A DNA stretch of 64,000 nucleotides from Planctomycetota bacterium (GTDB taxonomy: Bacteria; Planctomycetota; UBA1135; UBA2386): the NCBI GenBank assembly GCA_965662465.1, contig CBFIIO010000008.1, positions 30,088 through 94,087 on the forward strand, written 5' to 3'. Positions 8,228 through 19,778 of this stretch are shown piece by piece. Under the pieces are notes generated by a model. That model saw only the letters and a list, made by a program, of their open reading frames with translations, did not search any database and had not been told where the DNA came from. Each line of letters opens with the position of its first letter. The stretch's first letter is position 1. Both the position numbers and the translations under genes were made by a program.

Positions 8228-9697
8228 TTATTGGGGCCGAAGATCACTAGGCAAGCATTTGAGTCGAACGATTGCGGACTCGTCACCACCAGCCTTGCGT
8301 CCGAATACTCCAACAACTCTATCGCCGATAAAAACACCCCCACCTAGGTTGTCCTCACTGATCCTAAGGTCGGCAATCGATTGACTAGGCATCTCTGCAC
8401 CATCTGGTCCAGCAGTACGTAATACATGCTCAGCGGACACATCTGACTCGCTGTCAAACATCAAGCGATTGCTTGGAGTAACCAGTAAGTCCGGCTTCGC
8501 ATCCTCAAGTACTAGCACTGCAATATCAGAACCTGAAGGGTCTACCCAAACGCGACCAGCACGCATGACTGTGCCGTCACCTAGCTGCACTTTGATCTGC
8601 TCACCAGTGATCTCTAAATCACCCCAACCATCAGTCTCGGTAAACGATGCATCGATCAAAGATCGAGCAGTCGCGACGATGCTTCTGCCAACACGATCTC
8701 TAAACAACACACCTGAACCTGATCGCACGATGTGATCGTCAGCGCTGAATGTGTCCTTCTCGATTGCCGCATACGTAATTCGAACCAGGACGACATCGTC
8801 ACTAACAACTGTTTGCGCTTCGTTGTTTTCAGTTAGAGCTTTACTAGGAACTGGGGAAATTTCGAAGTCTGGCCGCTCCAGTTCAGCCGCCGCGCGATAC
8901 CCATCTTGAACCAATACACCTTCCCCTGGTGCACCGTAGTAACTGACATATGGCGACAACAAGGCACTGATGTCAGTAACAGAGAAGCCACTCAGTAAAG
9001 CTCCACTAACATTTGGACGACCAACCCAGAACTTACTCTTGTCAGTCACCGTCTGACGATGCTCACGCTTAATGCGCAACTTAACTTCTACATGCGTTCC
9101 AGAGGGTGCGAGTGAAACTGAGCGAACGTCTCCAGTCGAAACTCCGCGAAAGTTCACGGCACTGCCTGGTTTGAGTTCGTAATTCTCAGGAACAAGCAAT
9201 GTCATCAACAGATCGCCATGCTCAACATCATCAAGTGCCTCTGGCGCAAAGTTGGTCGGTGGCCATTCGCGCCCATGAACCAAACTGCCTGCTGACAAGA
9301 CAGAGTCACTGCCTGGCGGTGTGTAGAACGCGATATAGGGGTCACGAACTAAGGTATCGAGACCGGTTGCTTCACCCGTCAAGCCACCAAACCGCGGCGT
9401 GACAATCCAGAAACTCGAATTGACGTATGCGTGCGCAGCTCCAATTGGTTCCAGCAATAATTTTGCTACAGCCTTTTTGCCATCTCCTGAGACGGCCACA
9501 GATCTAACCGCACCAACAGTTACTCCACGGAACCGCACATCAGTGCCAGGCCGCAATCCACGCGCATCATGAAACTCAACGCTGACAGCCATTCCTGGGC
9601 GTTCGTCAAGACTACGCAGTAAACGCACAATCCAAACAGCAGCAACAATGGCGCTGACCAAGGTCAGCAAGCCGATGAGGTAGCGTAATCGATGCAT
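8228..9697 (-). CDS. PqiB/MlaD-like protein with two MCE domains and a C-terminal degenerate trypsin-fold domain
   Basis: N-terminal TM helix. MCE domains around aa 36-130 (VEFHDARGLRPGTDVRFRGVTVGAVRSV..SSFWIVTPRF) and aa 165-260 (ELKPGSAVNFRGVSTGDVRSV..SKFWVGRPNV). aa ~300-489 read GSGVLF..IVATARSL..SDIAVLVL..NLGGGVFIGDRVVGVFG. Confidence 0.8.
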   Translation of the reverse strand: MHRLRYLIGLLTLVSAIVAAVWIVRLLRSLDERPGMAVSVEFHDARGLRPGTDVRFRGVTVGAVRSVAVSGDGKKAVAKLLLEPIGAAHAYVNSSFWIVTPRFGGLTGEATGLDTLVRDPYIAFYTPPGSDSVLSAGSLVHGREWPPTNFAPEALDDVEHGDLLMTLLVPENYELKPGSAVNFRGVSTGDVRSVSLAPSGTHVEVKLRIKREHRQTVTDKSKFWVGRPNVSGALLSGFSVTDISALLSPYVSYYGAPGEGVLVQDGYRAAAELERPDFEISPVPSKALTENNEAQTVVSDDVVLVRITYAAIEKDTFSADDHIVRSGSGVLFRDRVGRSIVATARSLIDASFTETDGWGDLEITGEQIKVQLGDGTVMRAGRVWVDPSGSDIAVLVLEDAKPDLLVTPSNRLMFDSESDVSAEHVLRTAGPDGAEMPSQSIADLRISEDNLGGGVFIGDRVVGVFGRKAGGDESAIVRLKCLPSDLRPQ

Positions 9698-9783
9698 CGG
9701 TAGCTAAATGTAGCCAGAAGTCTCAGGATTCAGTCGGTATCGAAATATCGACTCTATCCTTTATGCATCTCTTACTTACGAAC

Positions 9784-9802
9784 GTCTGGTTTGTCGACCA
9801 GA

Positions 9803-9803
<1 letters not shown>
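9784..9803 (-). terminator. Hairpin overlapping the gyrB stop codon (possible terminator or attenuator)
   Basis: GTCTGGT-ttgtcg-ACCAGAC, a 7-bp stem immediately at or after the gyrB stop. No U-tract follows. Confidence 0.25.
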
Positions 9804-12286
<2,483 letters not shown>

Positions 12287-12385
12287 TTAATAAGCGTTGG
12301 TCAGTGTCATCACTGACCAATGTGCAACGCAGCCAATGTTAGCTGCTTTGCGTTGATTGACATTCTGTAAGAACTAACAACCAGG

Positions 12386-12685
12386 TCACATGCGTCCGGT
12401 GCCGCCGAGTCGAAATGACAATTGGGCAACAGGTGCGTCTGGGACAAGTTCGTTAATGCGAGTGCGGATCTCTTCGCTTCGAAAACCGGAGAGTTCTGCA
12501 AACAACGGCGCCGAGTTGAGTTCGACAACAAGTCGTCCTTTACGAAAGCCGAGAATTTGAAAGTGTGGGGCGAGTTCCGCACCGAGGATCTTTTCAAGAG
12601 CGTCGACGTAGACTCGTCGTGACTTACCACTGCCCGCAGATTTGAGGATCTCGCGTAGGAAGTCACTTGCCGGTCTAGGTTCCAC
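12386..12685 (-). CDS. dciA: DUF721 / DciA-like protein (putative replicative-helicase operator)
   Basis: 99 aa; ..FQILGFRKGRLVVELNSAPLFAELSGFRSEEIRTRINE.. is typical of DUF721. It sits between dnaN and gyrB, where recF/DUF721 usually occur. Confidence 0.65.
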   Translation of the reverse strand: MEPRPASDFLREILKSAGSGKSRRVYVDALEKILGAELAPHFQILGFRKGRLVVELNSAPLFAELSGFRSEEIRTRINELVPDAPVAQLSFRLGGTGRM

Positions 12686-12765
12686 TTTGAATTGGGTCCA
12701 CGAAATTGGATGAGATGACCAATAGATTGATGACTGTTGTGAGTCACTGATCTAAGCGCCATCAG

Positions 12766-13866
12766 TTACGCACCACTGATTGGCATGACCACGTAGGTAA
12801 ATGATTCACCCAAGGTAAATTTGGCTGGCATCGAGTCGTCGGACATATCCAACCGAACTTGATCTAAACCACATTGACGTAACGCCTCTAAAATGTAGTC
12901 AGGGTTGAAGTTGATGCTGCCACCCGAGCCTTTCACTACGGCATCGATAGAGACATCAGCTCGACCACGTGAGGAACTCTCAGCAGTCATTCGCAAACTG
13001 TTGTCACCAACTTCAAACTTCACCATCCGCATTTCTGCAGCACACAAGATGGCGGCCCGACGCAGTGCGCTCTCAAGCAATGACTTTTGAATATCTACGG
13101 TGGTATCAGCGGACTTAGGCATGACGCCCTCATAATCCGGGAACCTCGTATCAAGTAACTGGCTGACCAATTGAGTTTGACCAGTTGTAAAGACCACCTG
13201 CTTCTCTCCTACGTCGAGAACGATCTGGTCCTTATTGCCGTCTGAGAGGGCACGTGCGAGTGTGCTAAGGGCGCGCAAAGGCACAACAGCCTTGAACTGC
13301 ACATCCTCGTCAGACTCGATATTTTCATAGCTGATCGCTAGCCGGCGACCATCGGTAGCTACCAGTCGCACACAGCCGGCCCCAGAATCAACCAGGACGC
13401 CGTTAATCGCGTAGCGAGTCTCTTCCCTCGCTGCAGCAAACATCGTCTCCTGGATCATCCTGTGGAGCACACTGCTTGGCATCTCAAGGCGCTTGCCAGC
13501 ACCGACCACAGTCTCGGCAGGAAACTGTTCTGGATCTTCGCCGAGCAACACAAAGGAACCGCCACCACTTTCAATCCGACAGCGAAGATCGGAACTCTCA
13601 AGCGTCACCGTTGGATCACTCAGTTCACGCAGCAGCGCAACGGTTTCCTTGCCTGGCAAGAGCACGGTGCCTTCTTTTGAGACTTTGACAGAGTCGAGAC
13701 GAACCTTAGCGGCCATCTCCAGGTCTGTAGCGAAGAGCGATATGCCTTCACCGTCAGCTCGCAGCAACACGTTCTGCAGGATCGGCTTGGTAGTCTTGGA
13801 AGGGACTACCGAGGACACAACGCTGACCGCTTCAAGCAGCGCAACTCGATCACAGAGAATCTTCAT
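12766..13866 (-). CDS. dnaN: DNA polymerase III beta sliding clamp
   Basis: 366 aa; MKILCDRVALLEAV...KPILQNVLLRADGEGISLFATDLEMA.. Three-domain length and dnaA-adjacent position. Confidence 0.95.
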   Translation of the reverse strand: MKILCDRVALLEAVSVVSSVVPSKTTKPILQNVLLRADGEGISLFATDLEMAAKVRLDSVKVSKEGTVLLPGKETVALLRELSDPTVTLESSDLRCRIESGGGSFVLLGEDPEQFPAETVVGAGKRLEMPSSVLHRMIQETMFAAAREETRYAINGVLVDSGAGCVRLVATDGRRLAISYENIESDEDVQFKAVVPLRALSTLARALSDGNKDQIVLDVGEKQVVFTTGQTQLVSQLLDTRFPDYEGVMPKSADTTVDIQKSLLESALRRAAILCAAEMRMVKFEVGDNSLRMTAESSSRGRADVSIDAVVKGSGGSINFNPDYILEALRQCGLDQVRLDMSDDSMPAKFTLGESFTYVVMPISGA

Positions 13867-14600
13867 CGATTTAAGACCATGAACAGTTTGGTCGAAGGTA
13901 AGGCAGAACAGAAAACGCTGATGCGTTGGGTAACTCGATTCAAAAGAAGCACCTGTTCATGTTGGCTGATGCTGTTTGAGTCGGACCGGTTTTGTGCAGC
14001 CAATGGGTGAGTCTGTTATAGAGAGAAATTCTCTCTCTTCTGTCATCACCCGTGCTGTCACGAGTCTTAATAAGTTAGCCGTTAGACCCTTCTAGATCGA
14101 TGTAGAAACCGACCTTCCGTTCGTTTCCAGGATCTTGAAAACAGCTCAAGAGGAATACTTTTGTTCCCCCCAGGATTCCCCCAATCGGAGTGGATGATCG
14201 TTGCCCCCCTGATTCCGAGGAGAAGCATCCACGTTTGTCCGCTATTGCTCCAAACCGTGTCCCTAGGGTATTCACGGGTTTCGTGACGCTTAGGTTGCAA
14301 TAACTGCTACGTGCGGCTCTCAGCATCCTCAAGGCGTCAAGAGATTGGTTAGCTACGTGGCTCATTAGGGTGAGGCTGCCACGCGTCCGAGGACGGATTA
14401 ACGAGGGCAGATATGGTGGGCTACGGGCTTGTATCCACCCACCAAAATGGGCTGGGGATGGACGAAAGCCGCGTGATTTTGGCTTCGAATGGTGAAGCCG
14501 CCAATCTACTACAGAGTCGCCGCGAACAAAAGCTTGCCAGTGAGGCTAAACTACGCTTGTCAGCGACCCTAGGATCGGTCTTAGAAGGGAATTGGTGCCC
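13867..14600. promoter_or_regulatory. 734-bp dnaA-dnaN spacer; candidate oriC and dnaN promoter region
   Basis: No convincing ORF. Three DnaA-box-like elements contain ATCCAC: 14189-14197 (TCATCCACT on the minus strand), 14225-14233 (GCATCCACG) and 14431-14439 (GTATCCACC). There is a 17-bp palindrome AGAGAGAA-A-TTCTCTCT at 14020-14036 and several hairpins in 14410-14520. Confidence 0.35.
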
Positions 14601-16304
14601 TTAGGTGCGGAACGACCGCGTCATCAGGCGGCTACTCAGACCATCGAGTAGTTCCTTGAACATACGGTCCTTAGTGGATCGTTCGCGGACCTTGTTGACC
14701 GCGTAGATCACTGTCGTGTGGTCACGATTGCCAAAGATCTTACCGATATCCTCAAGGGAGCTTTCTGTGTGCTCACGCAGCAAGAACATAGCTATCTGGC
14801 GTGGCATGCTGACCGCTTGGGTGCGGCTTTTACCGATGAGTTCCCGTGCCATGATGGCGAACTCACCAGTGATCAACGCCATCACCTCTTCGGAAGTGAC
14901 CTGGGCCCGGCGCATCGGCATCCCGCGCAAGCAACGTTCTGCTAGCGCCAGCGTTATAGGTTGATCAGTAATCGCAGCAAAGCCGACGACCTTGATCACA
15001 GCGCCCTCGAGCTCCCGAATGTTGGATGTCACACGTTCGGCCAAGAACTGAGCGACTTCTTCAGGGAGATCGACCCCACGACCAGCAGCCTTGTTGCTGA
15101 CAATGGCCTTACGGGTGTCGATGCACGGAGTCTCTACCTCAGCGACCAACCCCCATTTGAAGCGCGAAACGAGCCGCTCTTCGATTGTAGGAATCTCGAC
15201 AGGAGGACGGTCTGATGACAGCACAATTTGACGCTGTCCATCAAAGAGTGCGTTGAACGTGTGGAAGAACTCATCCTGAGTCTTCTCCTTGTTGGCCAAG
15301 AACTGGATGTCATCAATGACAAGGACATCCGCTCCCCGGTGGTATTCGCGGAAGCTGTCGATTTGATGTGCTTGGATTGCCTGAATGTAGGAGTTCGTGA
15401 AGTTTTCGCAGCTCATGTAGAGCACGCGAGCATTTGGGTCACGACGCAAGACCGTATGGCAAATCGCCTGTAGCAAATGTGTCTTCCCAAGCCCGACATT
15501 CCCATGCACAAACAATGGGTTGTATGCGTGACCGGGGTTTTCACCGATAGCTAGCGCTGAGGCATGTGCCAAGCGGTTGCATGGTCCAACTACAAAGCGA
15601 TCAAACGTGTAGTTGGGGTTCAGTGGATGGCTGATGCGATTGCCCGGTCGTTGGCGGTATCCTTCTTGTGGATGCTGGGTTGGCTCAGCTGGGACAGTTG
15701 CTCCCAAGTCGGTCCTATTGGCTGCAGCACCATGAATTACGCCACTACTGGCAGGTTGGTTGGCTGACGTGCGGGTTACTGGTGGGGTTGGTGCCCCATC
15801 AATGCTTCGGATGCGAGCATCTGCAGTGTTGCGCATGACTCGTTCAATCTCATCTGCAGGTGAGGTTTGCACCATACGGAGACTGTCTTGACCATCTTCA
15901 GCACGATGGGTCAGGACAAGACGACGACGACCATTGGATGTTCCCAGTGAATCGACGGCTTCCTGCATCTCTCGCAGGTAGTTCTTCGCAAGCCAATCAC
16001 GCACAAACTGACTTGTTACCGACAACTCTATTTCGGCGTCGTCAGCGCGAACGATAAGTAGCGAGCGAAACCAAGTCTCCAACTGCTCCTTACGGACACG
16101 GACAACTAAGTGGTTGAGAAGCTTCTGCAGCAAATCGGAGTTGTCAGCGCCTGTGGCAGATTGTTGCGGTGCTGCGTTTTGTGACTCTATCGAGTTTGTG
16201 GCTGCGGAGTTTGTGACTGTCGAGTTTGTGACTGTCGCAGCTTGCGTTCCATCTAAAGGGTTTGTGGAGTTCAACGGATTATAGTTCGAGTCGTGGGCCG
16301 CCAT
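14601..16304 (-). CDS. dnaA: Chromosomal replication initiator DnaA with an extended low-complexity N-terminal region
   Basis: AAA+ core ..NPLFVHGNVGLGKTHLLQAI.., ..VLVIDDIQFL.., and C-terminal DNA-binding domain ..SRTQAVSMPRQIAMFLLRE..LEDIGKIFGNRDHTTVIYA... Confidence 0.95.
   Translation of the reverse strand: MAAHDSNYNPLNSTNPLDGTQAATVTNSTVTNSAATNSIESQNAAPQQSATGADNSDLLQKLLNHLVVRVRKEQLETWFRSLLIVRADDAEIELSVTSQFVRDWLAKNYLREMQEAVDSLGTSNGRRRLVLTHRAEDGQDSLRMVQTSPADEIERVMRNTADARIRSIDGAPTPPVTRTSANQPASSGVIHGAAANRTDLGATVPAEPTQHPQEGYRQRPGNRISHPLNPNYTFDRFVVGPCNRLAHASALAIGENPGHAYNPLFVHGNVGLGKTHLLQAICHTVLRRDPNARVLYMSCENFTNSYIQAIQAHQIDSFREYHRGADVLVIDDIQFLANKEKTQDEFFHTFNALFDGQRQIVLSSDRPPVEIPTIEERLVSRFKWGLVAEVETPCIDTRKAIVSNKAAGRGVDLPEEVAQFLAERVTSNIRELEGAVIKVVGFAAITDQPITLALAERCLRGMPMRRAQVTSEEVMALITGEFAIMARELIGKSRTQAVSMPRQIAMFLLREHTESSLEDIGKIFGNRDHTTVIYAVNKVRERSTKDRMFKELLDGLSSRLMTRSFRT
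16177..16236. repeat. About 4 copies of a 15-bp tandem repeat inside the dnaA 5' coding region
   Basis: gagtttgtgactgtc repeated at 16207-16221 and 16222-16236, with degenerate copies upstream. It encodes ..TVTNSTVTNSAATNS... Confidence 0.8.
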
Positions 16305-16764
16305 GTGGTGTTCCAGGGAGGGCTTTTTCGGTCGGGCATGGTGATTGGTCTGGGTTGTGCTCTTCAGGCAAAAGAGCTTCAGGAAACTAGGCGGTTTCCT
16401 GAGTACAGACCGGTATCGGGAGGAAGTCTTATGTCCTTAGCAGGCAGGTCGGTTGGGGCGGAGGCAGCTCCAACCGAGATGATGGTCCCCTTTGGTTATT
16501 AGGGTCTTTGGATGACGGAATTACCGCACCGGATGAGGGCACGGTTTGGAGTTGTTTCAACGGTTAGGCGACCGGTCAAACAACTCGCGACTGACCCATG
16601 CTTTTCTATCGAGGTCGCTACTTCTTTCAAGGCTGCTCCACCAACTTTGCCAACCGTACCTGCATCGTTGCCAACACAATCCTGACGAGTTCTGAACGTC
16701 ATACGTAGGACAAAACAACGACTTGTAGAAACCAACCAAGCCGCGATACAGGCTCACATGATAC

Positions 16765-17889
16765 TTACTTTTTTTTACTCAGCCGAAGCATCAAGTCACC
16801 CACAACACCGCCGACATGAGCACATTCAATTTCAGTCTGCTGAAATCCAAAGCTGAAGCGAACACATGCACGCGCGCGTGCATCATCAATGTCAATCGCC
16901 TTCAATATTTTTGGTGCCGTCATCGACCCCGATGAACAGGCTGAACCGTGTGACGCCTGCACCCCAGCGAGGTCTAAAGCAGGTAGTAAATTGCGCCCTT
17001 CAACGTCTTCAAAACACAACATGATGGTGTTTGGAGAGCTGTTTGCCAAAGGTGTCAGGACTCTGTATCTGCAGCAACGGGCCTCTAACCCCGCCAAGAA
17101 GGCTTTACGGTTGTTTGCCATCTTCTGCGCTCTCTCTGGTTGCTCTGCGATAGCAAGCTCTATCGCCAGCGCATTGGCGGCAGCGAGTGACGGGCTCTGA
17201 GTCCCTGGACGCAAACCAAACTCTTGACCCCCGCCAACCATGAGGGGTTGTAACTTGCTTTCAAGGCTACGACCGAGAAGTACACCGTGGCCACGTAGGC
17301 CACCTGCCTTATGCGGCGAGAGCGCGACGATGGCGCCGTCAGCGACAAGCTCGTTGATCCGTATACGGCCGAGAGATTGTGCCGCATCGACGACAAGGGA
17401 AACGTTGCAGGCGCGCGCCACCTCTAAAGCTGCTGGGATGTCCTGGAGAGTTCCTATCTCACTCTGCACATGAACCAAACACACAAGTCCGATGGGTTCT
17501 GTTGGTGGGCGGATGATGGCTGCACCATTTGCATCGATATCCCAACGACAGATGCCGCGTTGAAGCGCACTTTCATGCACAGCTGGGTGCTCCACATCAG
17601 CAACCAAAACAGGAAGCTTTGGGTCGCCTAAACCACGTACCGCCAAATTGGCAGATTCGGTGCCACCGCTTGTGAAAACAACATCCCCAGCTGGCAGTGC
17701 AAACAGGTTGGCAATGCGTTCCCGGGCGCGCTCAAGAACCCCGCGAGAACGTCGTCCGGCGCCATGGCTGCTGGCTGGATTAGCAGGACAGCGGTTTTCG
17801 ATGTCCACAAACTCAGCTAGGACCTCCGGAAGCACCGGCGCGCCCGCGTTAAAGTCACAAAACCAAGGACCTTCCAGAGTTTGGCTCAA
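16765..17889 (-). CDS. Class V aminotransferase / cysteine desulfurase (NifS/IscS-like)
   Basis: ..FTSGGTESANLAV.., PLP-lysine motif SPHKAGGLRGHGVLL, active-site loop SHGSACSSG. Likely start is TTG 17889, forming a TTGA overlap with the bshA stop. The listed ORF extends to 17949. Confidence 0.8.
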   Translation of the reverse strand: MSQTLEGPWFCDFNAGAPVLPEVLAEFVDIENRCPANPASSHGAGRRSRGVLERARERIANLFALPAGDVVFTSGGTESANLAVRGLGDPKLPVLVADVEHPAVHESALQRGICRWDIDANGAAIIRPPTEPIGLVCLVHVQSEIGTLQDIPAALEVARACNVSLVVDAAQSLGRIRINELVADGAIVALSPHKAGGLRGHGVLLGRSLESKLQPLMVGGGQEFGLRPGTQSPSLAAANALAIELAIAEQPERAQKMANNRKAFLAGLEARCCRYRVLTPLANSSPNTIMLCFEDVEGRNLLPALDLAGVQASHGSACSSGSMTAPKILKAIDIDDARARACVRFSFGFQQTEIECAHVGGVVGDLMLRLSKKK

Positions 17890-18992
17890 CCGATTACTCG
17901 TTCGTAGATGGATTCGTATTGCGAGACAATGCGGTCTGTTGAGAAACAATCGATGGCGCGCTTACGGGCTGCGATCGCCTGCTCTGCATACTGTTTTGGG
18001 TTGCTTAGTAATTTGACGGCAGTAGCAGCCATCATCTCCGGTTGAGCCAAAGGAACGAGTAGCCCCGTGTCGCCCACGACTTCGCCAACGCCGCCGACGG
18101 AGGTGCTGACGGTTGGAACACCACAACTCATTGCTTCAAGTATCGATAGGCCAAAGCTTTCGGTCTGTGATGCAGATAGAAACAGATCAGCTGTTGGAAG
18201 AACCTTCTCCAGGTTGTCATGCATGCCAAGGTGTTCAACGCGGTGTTGGCAGCCTAGGTCTGTGGCCACAGCCAAGGCGTGTTCGCGATCGGGCCCGTCG
18301 CCGACCAGAATCAATCTGGACGGAATCTGTTTTTGGATCGCTGCGAATGCGCGGACGATGTCGGCAACACGTTTCACTGGCCGAAAATTGGAAGCATGCA
18401 TGATGATCCGCTCTTCATTGTCACGCTCATACCACGGCTTGTGGCCAGTCGGTTGAAACCGTTCGGTGTCGACAAAGTTGTGCACGACATCAACTGGCTT
18501 CTTCACACCAAACATCAGATTCGTTTCATCCGCCAGGTAGCGGCTGACAGCGGTAACCGCATCCGACTGCTCGAGTGCAAATCGGGTAGGCCTCAAGTAG
18601 GCCCGGTCGCTACCAACCACCGTGATGTCAGTGCCATGCAGTGTCGTCACGAACTTTAAGTCACCGCTACTGCACATACTCCTTGCTAGGAAAGCACTTA
18701 CAGCATGTGGGATGGCATAGTGAACGTGAAACAAATCGATCTTTGCTTCCTCGTGAACCTCCAGCATGCGGGTCGACAATGCGAGATCGTAGGGTGGGTA
18801 TCGAAACAGCGGGTAGGCCGTCACAGCCACTTCATGGAACTGCAACCCGGTGACGTCGCCTCGTAAGCGGCCTGGTCGATCGTAGCTCAGCAGGTGAAGT
18901 TCGTGTCCACGAGCAGCAAGCGCCAAGGCCATCTCTGTTGCGATGACGCCACTTCCGCCAACCGTTGGATAACAGACAATTCCGATCCGCAT
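17886..18992 (-). CDS. bshA: GT4 glycosyltransferase, N-acetyl-alpha-D-glucosaminyl L-malate synthase BshA-like
   Basis: MRIGIVCYPTVGGSGVIATEMALALAARGHELHLLSY.. is the characteristic BshA N-terminus. The C-terminal E..ESFGLSILEAMSCGVPTV is a GT4 motif. bshB1 and bshC lie nearby. Confidence 0.75.
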   Translation of the reverse strand: MRIGIVCYPTVGGSGVIATEMALALAARGHELHLLSYDRPGRLRGDVTGLQFHEVAVTAYPLFRYPPYDLALSTRMLEVHEEAKIDLFHVHYAIPHAVSAFLARSMCSSGDLKFVTTLHGTDITVVGSDRAYLRPTRFALEQSDAVTAVSRYLADETNLMFGVKKPVDVVHNFVDTERFQPTGHKPWYERDNEERIIMHASNFRPVKRVADIVRAFAAIQKQIPSRLILVGDGPDREHALAVATDLGCQHRVEHLGMHDNLEKVLPTADLFLSASQTESFGLSILEAMSCGVPTVSTSVGGVGEVVGDTGLLVPLAQPEMMAATAVKLLSNPKQYAEQAIAARKRAIDCFSTDRIVSQYESIYERVIG

Positions 18993-19011
18993 GCTTCGGA
19001 TCTTACGCGAA

Positions 19012-19617
19012 TCAGAGCAATTCGGTTCGATCTGTCGCGATCACTTGTGGCAGTTCGATGACTAAGAAAAAGCAACTGCCTTCACAGCGCACCTGACTGC
19101 TACCGCCTAACTCCTCAACGAACTGACGAAGGGTCTGTGATCGCTCGTTGGCATTGCCTTCTTGATGGTTGCCAAAGCTCTCGATTTCCAAGAGCACCCG
19201 TCCATTTTCTACGCGTGTTGTCAGGCGCAATTCATCGCCTGGACTAAGTGGCGTTACTGCTAGCACCATGGCTCGCTGCACTACGACCGTAGTCAGGTTT
19301 GGGGGGGCTGCAACCAGGGCGCATTCCGGGGTCAATGTCTGCCGGAATACAATTGGGACCGCAATATCTTGTAGGCATGTGGCGGCAATTCGCGACACAA
19401 CCTGATTGAGGTCGGTTTGATCTGATTGCAGTTCGACAGCTAGCATCGAGTCCATCAACTCCTGCAGCGTGTTGGTTTCACCTTCAAGCCGATCACCGGT
19501 ATCAAAATCGACATCCTGACCGTTGTTGAGTACGGCGTAAGCTTCTTCGTCGATCCGTCCAAGGCACTGGCTCAGCAGCGTGGTTAGCTTGTCGATCTCT
19601 GGGTCACTGGATGCCAT
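19012..19617 (-). CDS. Hypothetical protein with a degenerate histidine-kinase-like ATPase (HATPase_c-like) C-terminal half
   Basis: ..GDELRLTTRVENGRVLLEIESFGN......LRQFVEELGGSSQVRCEGSCFFLVIELP follows the layout of an HK catalytic domain but lacks the N-box Asn and the G-box glycines. Immediately downstream of the ParA-like gene. Confidence 0.3.
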   Translation of the reverse strand: MASSDPEIDKLTTLLSQCLGRIDEEAYAVLNNGQDVDFDTGDRLEGETNTLQELMDSMLAVELQSDQTDLNQVVSRIAATCLQDIAVPIVFRQTLTPECALVAAPPNLTTVVVQRAMVLAVTPLSPGDELRLTTRVENGRVLLEIESFGNHQEGNANERSQTLRQFVEELGGSSQVRCEGSCFFLVIELPQVIATDRTELL

Positions 19618-19778
19618 AGCCCCGGTGTTATCGGCAAGCCATCATCCAGACATGAAGCTAACTCGGTGTGTGGCCCACCCACACTCATGCTGAACAGGGA
19701 ATATCTACCTGTCTAGATCAATAGGCGCCGCGAAAGGAGCAAGCTCCTAGTCGAGGTGTTCGTTGTTACGGCAAGCTC

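Noticed and set aside
12310-12762. 150-aa ORF overlapping the DUF721/dciA gene in another frame.
   Set aside because: The 99-aa frame carries the recognisable DUF721 sequence. The 150-aa product has no motif and a Ser/Arg-rich composition.
14075-14365. 96-aa and 72-aa ORFs inside the dnaA-dnaN spacer.
   Set aside because: There is no RBS or homology signal that I can see, the composition is odd, and they overlap the hairpin- and repeat-rich sequence. I treated the region as non-coding.
14460-14600. tmRNA-like sequence. TGATTTTGGCTTCGAATGG resembles the tmRNA 5' region, and AAACTACGCTT matches part of the E. coli ssrA tag-coding segment as I recall it.
   Set aside because: There is no GGGG acceptor start and no T-arm/CCA 3' end. 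The candidate tag frame (..NKSLPVRLNYACQRP-stop) lacks the usual hydrophobic xLAA ending. A full-length tmRNA would run into dnaA. This is probably chance similarity.
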